From: Oopsacas minuta
Lineage: Eukaryota > Animalia > Porifera
NCBI GenBank assembly: GCA_024704765.1
Contig: JAKMXF010000144.1
Location: 124,001-188,000, forward strand
Direction of reading: 5' to 3'
Length of the DNA stretch: 64,000 bases
Part shown: positions 58,882-64,000 of the stretch, piece by piece
How positions within the stretch are numbered: the stretch's first letter is position 1
Layout: every line of letters starts with the position of its first letter
Notes under the pieces: generated by a model
Database searches by the model: none
Seen by the model: only the letters and a program-made list of their open reading frames with translations
What the model was told of the DNA's origin: nothing
Translations under genes and position numbers: made by a program

Positions 58882-59968
58882 TCATATAATACATGAATAA
58901 CCGTAACAATAAGATGCCTCTAGGTCCCGTGTGGCACCAGGTGGCAGAATGAAGGGGTCCAGACTGATATTAGGATCCATGGTGAGAGGAAGTGACTCAA
59001 GTTGTCGCGCCTTCTGGAGACACTGTGCCACTAATGCCACTAAAGCCTCCTCCACATTTATATAATCTTTCGCACTCGTCTCAATGTAATCCAATAAATG
59101 TCTATCCCTCAATAACTAGAAAAATACCACATAATTGCGTCATCGACGACACAATTCACACCTTCAAGGAGTGGTTCATATATAAATAGGTACCCAAGAT
59201 CCTCCTCTTAGGTGTGAAGTTAATCATATGAACTAACCTCAATTTCCGAAGGATCTGTTCTTGTTTCCAAATCACATTTGTTACCGATTAATATCATCGA
59301 AGCATCAGTGCTACTATAAATAGAAATAAATCGTACCACTTGACACCTTTTCTAGCCATATAATAGTGGCTTAATGGCCTCTTTTTAGAAGGCTCAAAGG
59401 TGAGAAAATATACATATACTCACCCTTTCTCCTCAAACTCTCGTATCCAAGTGTTACACACACTCTGAAAGGTGTTTGGCTGATTGATATCAAATACGAA
59501 CAGGACTCCGTGAGCGTCCCTGAAATATGTCCTGGTGAGTGACATGAACCTCTCCTCCCCAGCTGTGTCCCATAGCTGTAACTACACAATTGGAACTATA
59601 AACTGGAACTATAGATAACTCTTCCACGCTAAGGAAGTGGTTAATAAGCAGATGGTAAATTTGGTTACAGTAATTGCAAAAATGATAATATTATGTGGCA
59701 TAATTGTGTCATAACGTATCACCACCTGTCGTGAAGTGGCATATATATTACAAAATGGGTTCCCATTGTGTCGTATTAGTGGCAGAAAGTGGCAAACCTT
59801 AATTTTCTTGGTTCCTATCTCTATGTCTCTTAAGTGGAATCCAAATCCAATTGTTCCAGCTGTTTTTTCATTGAAAGTGTTACCAGTTAATCGACCAATC
59901 AGAGAGCTCTTCCCAACCATCTTGTCACCTAATACTATTATCTTGAAGCTGTAGTCATATGTGTCCAT
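58882..59968 (-). CDS. Divergent Rab-family GTPase, 4 exons
   Basis: Exons 59968-59798, 59581-59424, about 59313-59238, about 59118-58882. GDKMVGKS, TIGFGF, WDTAGEERF, GNKCD, ETSAK; C-terminus YCYGYSCII. Confidence 0.85.
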
Positions 59969-60057
59969 TGTGTCACTAAACTATAGTTCATGAATTTACA
60001 CCTATTTTTCTGTATAAAATATATTAGATTCCAATACTCGTAATTCGGTGCTAGGAT

Positions 60058-62868
60058 ATGGCAGAGGTGGATATAAATCTTAACACTTTGTCGGACAAGT
60101 TAAAAACTACAAAAGTGTCGACACGACACTATAAAACCACTCGTGCCACTTCTGATCAAGAGAAAAGACGGAAAGTTTCATTAGCCAATCAGCGTTGCAA
60201 ACGAAGTGATCTTTTTGATTTAAGGCGCCAAATAGAACCACTTCTAAAAATAGAACATGAATATACCCTAATGTGGTCTGAGTGGTTTCAAGATGTGCCA
60301 CAAGACTTCGACACTTTATGGCGGATGATAATATGTCCAAATGGCAAACGCTCATTAATAATTGCAAAGTCTGGTGTCACAAAAGTGTACTCAAGAAAAG
60401 GTGTCCTTGTTAACACCTTTCAAAGTGGTCTACCAGGTGGAAATCGTAGTTGTTACTCAGGTGTCACGGTGTTAGATGCCATATTCTGTCGGGACCAGAG
60501 AACATACTTCCTGTTGGATATAATGACATGGAATGGACACACACTTATAGAGTGTGAAACAGAATTCAGGTTAGTTACACAAATGTAGAATTGGTATGTC
60601 ATCATGTAGCCAGACCTCCAATCAAATTACAGGATTTAATTTTTGGCAAAATGTGGCACTTAACCACTTCTAGGACGATTCAGAGGCAGTCGATATTGCC
60701 ACTTCTGAGTGCCACACCTATTCAGATCCATTTCTATATTGGTAAATTTCTAAAAATAGAATATTTTAGGTTTTATTTTTTGCGCGCCAAACTTGAAGAA
60801 ACAATGGAACTAACAGAACTGAGTTCAACCAATCAATTCATCTTCACTCTTTTGATGAATTATCCATGTCAACAGGACACATTATGTGCAATTATGTCAC
60901 ATTCTGTGCCATATGGCATAGATGGTTTATTGTTCTACCACCTGCAGGGACACTATACACCAGGAGAGACCCCTCTAGTCCTCTGGATGACACCTAATAT
61001 GTCACCTGACTCTATTGGGTAAGTTCTCAAAATAGAATTTGGGATTTATCCGTTTGTGAGGGAAATTCCTTTTAAATGTGTTAAAATATGAATATTGTAT
61101 ATTCATGTGAGGATTACATATTCTTTGTTCTCCTAAGCCAATCAATATACAGCCTCAGAAAGGTGTGAAAATGTGTATAAACCACCAAATAACTTTAACC
61201 AATAAATCTCAGCTTACATACTAATATACTTTCAAATCTGATCGGTAAACACATTTCCTACCTGTCTTAAAAAGTGTCAATATTTGTGACACAATATCCA
61301 ACCACCTGGCGATCAGGTGTTTGTCTACCACTTAAATGTGCCATTCCAGGAGAGTGTCGCTGGATAGAGCTCTGCCGGTAGCATAATACCACTAACACCT
61401 TTCATTAAATGTACTATCCTTATACCAGCACAAACAGACATAGCAAATGAATACACAACACAATTAGCACATTCTGTTTATTTTCTTATTCAGTTTGTTT
61501 ACTTTCGTGTTTACGTTCTCTTGTTTATCATATATACGATCTAACTTCTTGTTAGAGTCGTCTATCTGGTCTCCTAATTGAAGAGCCATCTCGCTAAGAA
61601 TATCCAATCCGTTGTCTATTTGATCTAAGTTCTGGTCTACAACAGTTTTTGGTTCCGGTTTCCCCCTAGCAACCACTGGAACGCTGGATTGTAGCTTAGG
61701 AATTTCTTTATTTGCAGGCTGTGTGCTATTTTCAGAATTTTTCAGTGTAGACTTCTCTCTTTTGAAATAATTCACTACTCCACCGAATACTGTTTGTATT
61801 TGTGTCAGTTCCCTAAATGAATATGATAAAGTGGCAGAGTGGTCTTTATAAATATCCCAGTGGCGAGGTGGCAGGGATTGGAATGCCCGCCCTGTCTTAT
61901 GGAACCGAAACCAATGAATATTTGACAAAACTAAAGTCGATTTTTTGGAAAATTATCTGAACTGAACTTCCGCGGCTAATTGGAACTGAAACTATTCCCA
62001 ATTAACAGTGTCGAATACATGTCACTATTATTAACACACAAGGTAACAAATAGTGTCCTATAATAAACTACAAGGTGTAAAAATTGTGTCGCGCTGCCAC
62101 TTACCTATCAGCTTTCCCACAACTGCTATCGATATTATCCAAATTAACTTCAATATTGCCCAGCTGTTCGTTTTGTTCATCTAACATTTTCCCCGCCTCA
62201 GCCCCTGACTGGTAGGCCTCATCAATGTGTCGGAGACTCCTAGCAGTGCTTTCTGCCATTTTCTGTTCATACATGCTAATCTTTATTCGGCATTCCTCTG
62301 CTTCATTACGGTATCCCTCGTAGCTCATTGCTATATATAGTAATAGGCTTATAAGTTATATAAATAGACAACAATTGGCGCTCCTAGGGGGAAATGGGGC
62401 ATTTGTCTAGGTGTGAATATCCTGGAAGTGGCTGAGAGATCTTGGAACCGTCACATGGTCACAACGGTCTGAGACGATCAGCGGATTCAATCCTATATCT
62501 GATAGGCTAAATTGGACGTTCTAGTTTTTAGTGCCATCAATGACAACTAGGGAACCACTTTGATATGGAATAGGACAACAAGAGAAGTGGTCGTGCCACT
62601 TCTCTTAATAATTTCTAGAAATTTATGGCTGATTAATATATATGAAACATGTTACTAAATTTAGAATTGTATTTGCCTAATATCTGAAGTATAATACTTG
62701 TATAGAATAGTGCCAAGTGAAGAGTTCTTATCAAGCCACTTCCCTGACAGCGACACAATACACCACTCTAAGAAAAAGGCGTGTAAAAAGGGACACCCAA
62801 TGGAGACAGATGAAATTCAAAATGGAACTAAGTTGGTTCCAGATTCTGAGATTATGAGCGACCAATGA
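60058..62868 (+). CDS. SNUPN: Snurportin-1, 3 exons; last intron hosts SNAP29
   Basis: Exons 60058-60569, 60770-61018, 62706-62868 (phase 2/2). IBB-like QEKRRK..QRCKRSD, LMWSEW, CPNGKRSLI, LPGG, LDIMTWNG, DGLLFYH..HYTPGETPLVLW. The last exon is inferred from phase match, acceptor and AATAAA at 62870. Confidence 0.8.
61464..62328 (-). CDS. SNAP29: SNAP-29-like Qbc-SNARE, 2 exons, nested antisense in SNUPN intron 2
   Basis: Exons 62328-62105 and 61812-61464. ESTARSL..EQNEQLGNIE; QIQTVFGGVVNYFK; second SNARE motif IDNGLDILSEMALQLGDQIDDSN. No palmitoylation Cys cluster. Confidence 0.85.
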
Positions 62869-63293
62869 AAATAAAGTAAACATTTTTATTGAATTAATTA
62901 TTCTATTTTTAGAAACTTGTGTTGCTATGGTGATTTCTCTGGAATGTTTGTATGTGAATTCTCAATTCTCTCTACAATCTTTCTCAAGAGACGGGAATCT
63001 TAAATAAAATACAAAAATGTATCGATTTGACACGTGAATATTGACACTAATTATAGTAACAATGTATTGAATATTTCCTTTATTGCCTAATTCGAAAGTG
63101 GAACGTTTGGAGAGGCTAATGGTCCAATTATTGCACTCATAGGGGGACATTTAGAGGGACAATGGTCGACTGAAATGCAAGTGTTGGGTCTTTATCTACA
63201 TATAGCATATTTCTTCACTTGTTATTAATTTACTAACTAACATTTCTGGCCAATCAAAAGCTTTAGCTCGTGACAGCTGTGCCATTCAACCAC

Positions 63294-64000
63294 ATGGCGG
63301 GTAATTTCTGGAAGAGTTCACACTATGAGGAATGGCTCCTGCACCCACAGGAATTGGAACTAGGCCGCAGAGAGGATTGTGAGGTTCTGACTAAGGAGCA
63401 ATTATTGAAATTACATATTTTCTACGCTAATTTTATACAAACATTAGGAGAACATGCTCTTCTGAGACAACAGGTATTATGTGACACATTTGTGACACTT
63501 TTTGGTGGCACAAATGTATAGGGAATGTGTCCTAGGCTTCTGCCACTTTTTACGATTAATTAATTAATTTAGTTCCGGTTGAATTAGCATTAAATGCACA
63601 TAGTTCCATATAATAACACTTTCCTCAAGGTAATCGCTACAGCATCAGTATACTTCAAACGATTCTATGTGAGGAACTCTCTGAGATCTGTAGACCCCCT
63701 CCTCATGTCCCTGACCTCTATACACCTAGCTGCCATAGTGGAGGAGTGTGACATGCAGACCGGCTCTAAATTGACACAAGCATACTCGGGAGCTGTCAAA
63801 TCAAAATTCAGAGACTATTTCAGTGTGGAATGCCCCTTCAATTATCAGACGGTTAGTATAAACAGAACTAACACCTTATAGTTCCAGTTTAGTGGTATAT
63901 GATTAGGGATATGGGTATAGGCTTCTGTGGTTCATTTTTGTAGTTTATAGTTACAGTTATAGGTTCTGGAATGTGAATTCCTTCTCCTCGAAATGATGGA
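63294..64000 (+). CDS. CCNC: Cyclin C (truncated by the window end)
   Basis: Exons 63294-63473, 63630-63851, 63963-64000. MAGNFWKSSHYEEW, LRQQ|VIATASVYFKRFY, DPLLM, VLECEFLLLEMMD. Confidence 0.93.

Noticed and set aside
40233-62868. Clustering of nuclear-transport genes (XPO4, importin-alpha x2, SNUPN)
   Set aside because: After collapsing the tandem duplicate it is three genes interleaved with unrelated ones; coincidence cannot be excluded without synteny data.

Overview
This is gene-dense, AT-rich animal nuclear DNA with short GT-AG introns, not prokaryotic. The gene set, the compactness and a coiled-coil+NHL family member suggest a sponge, possibly a hexactinellid such as Oopsacas. That assignment is inference only. 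I reconstructed about 30 protein-coding genes by hand: AKT, RPL36, EPS15, PLC-beta, ODF2, a secreted repeat protein, two ankyrin proteins, PTGES2, AIG1, a small HEAT protein, COMMD9, FBXL13, USP39, an NHL protein, a LisH-WD40 protein, INTS15, TM2D1, CRELD, XPO4, two importin-alpha3 copies, a LIM-RA-SARAH RASSF, PAXX, TMEM11, KATNIP, an atypical Rab, SNUPN, SNAP29 and CCNC (cut by the window end). Main observations: (1) almost every start codon is preceded at very short range by a splice-acceptor-like YAG, and genes lie in long same-strand arrays with spacers as short as 74-160 bp, which looks like spliced-leader trans-splicing with operon-like polycistronic units; (2) five genes are nested in introns of AKT, ODF2 (three) and SNUPN; (3) the tandem importin-alpha duplicate has lost its IBB domain and key NLS-binding residues but keeps an open spliced frame; (4) GTGKC/GMCAC and GGAACT motifs are regionally enriched about 10-fold, even inside coding sequence; (5) an orphan secreted protein carries (YPTYYPSQ)7 repeats. 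Several MITE-like elements are present. I recognised no rRNA, tRNA or CRISPR array. All exon models and counts are manual and need RNA data.
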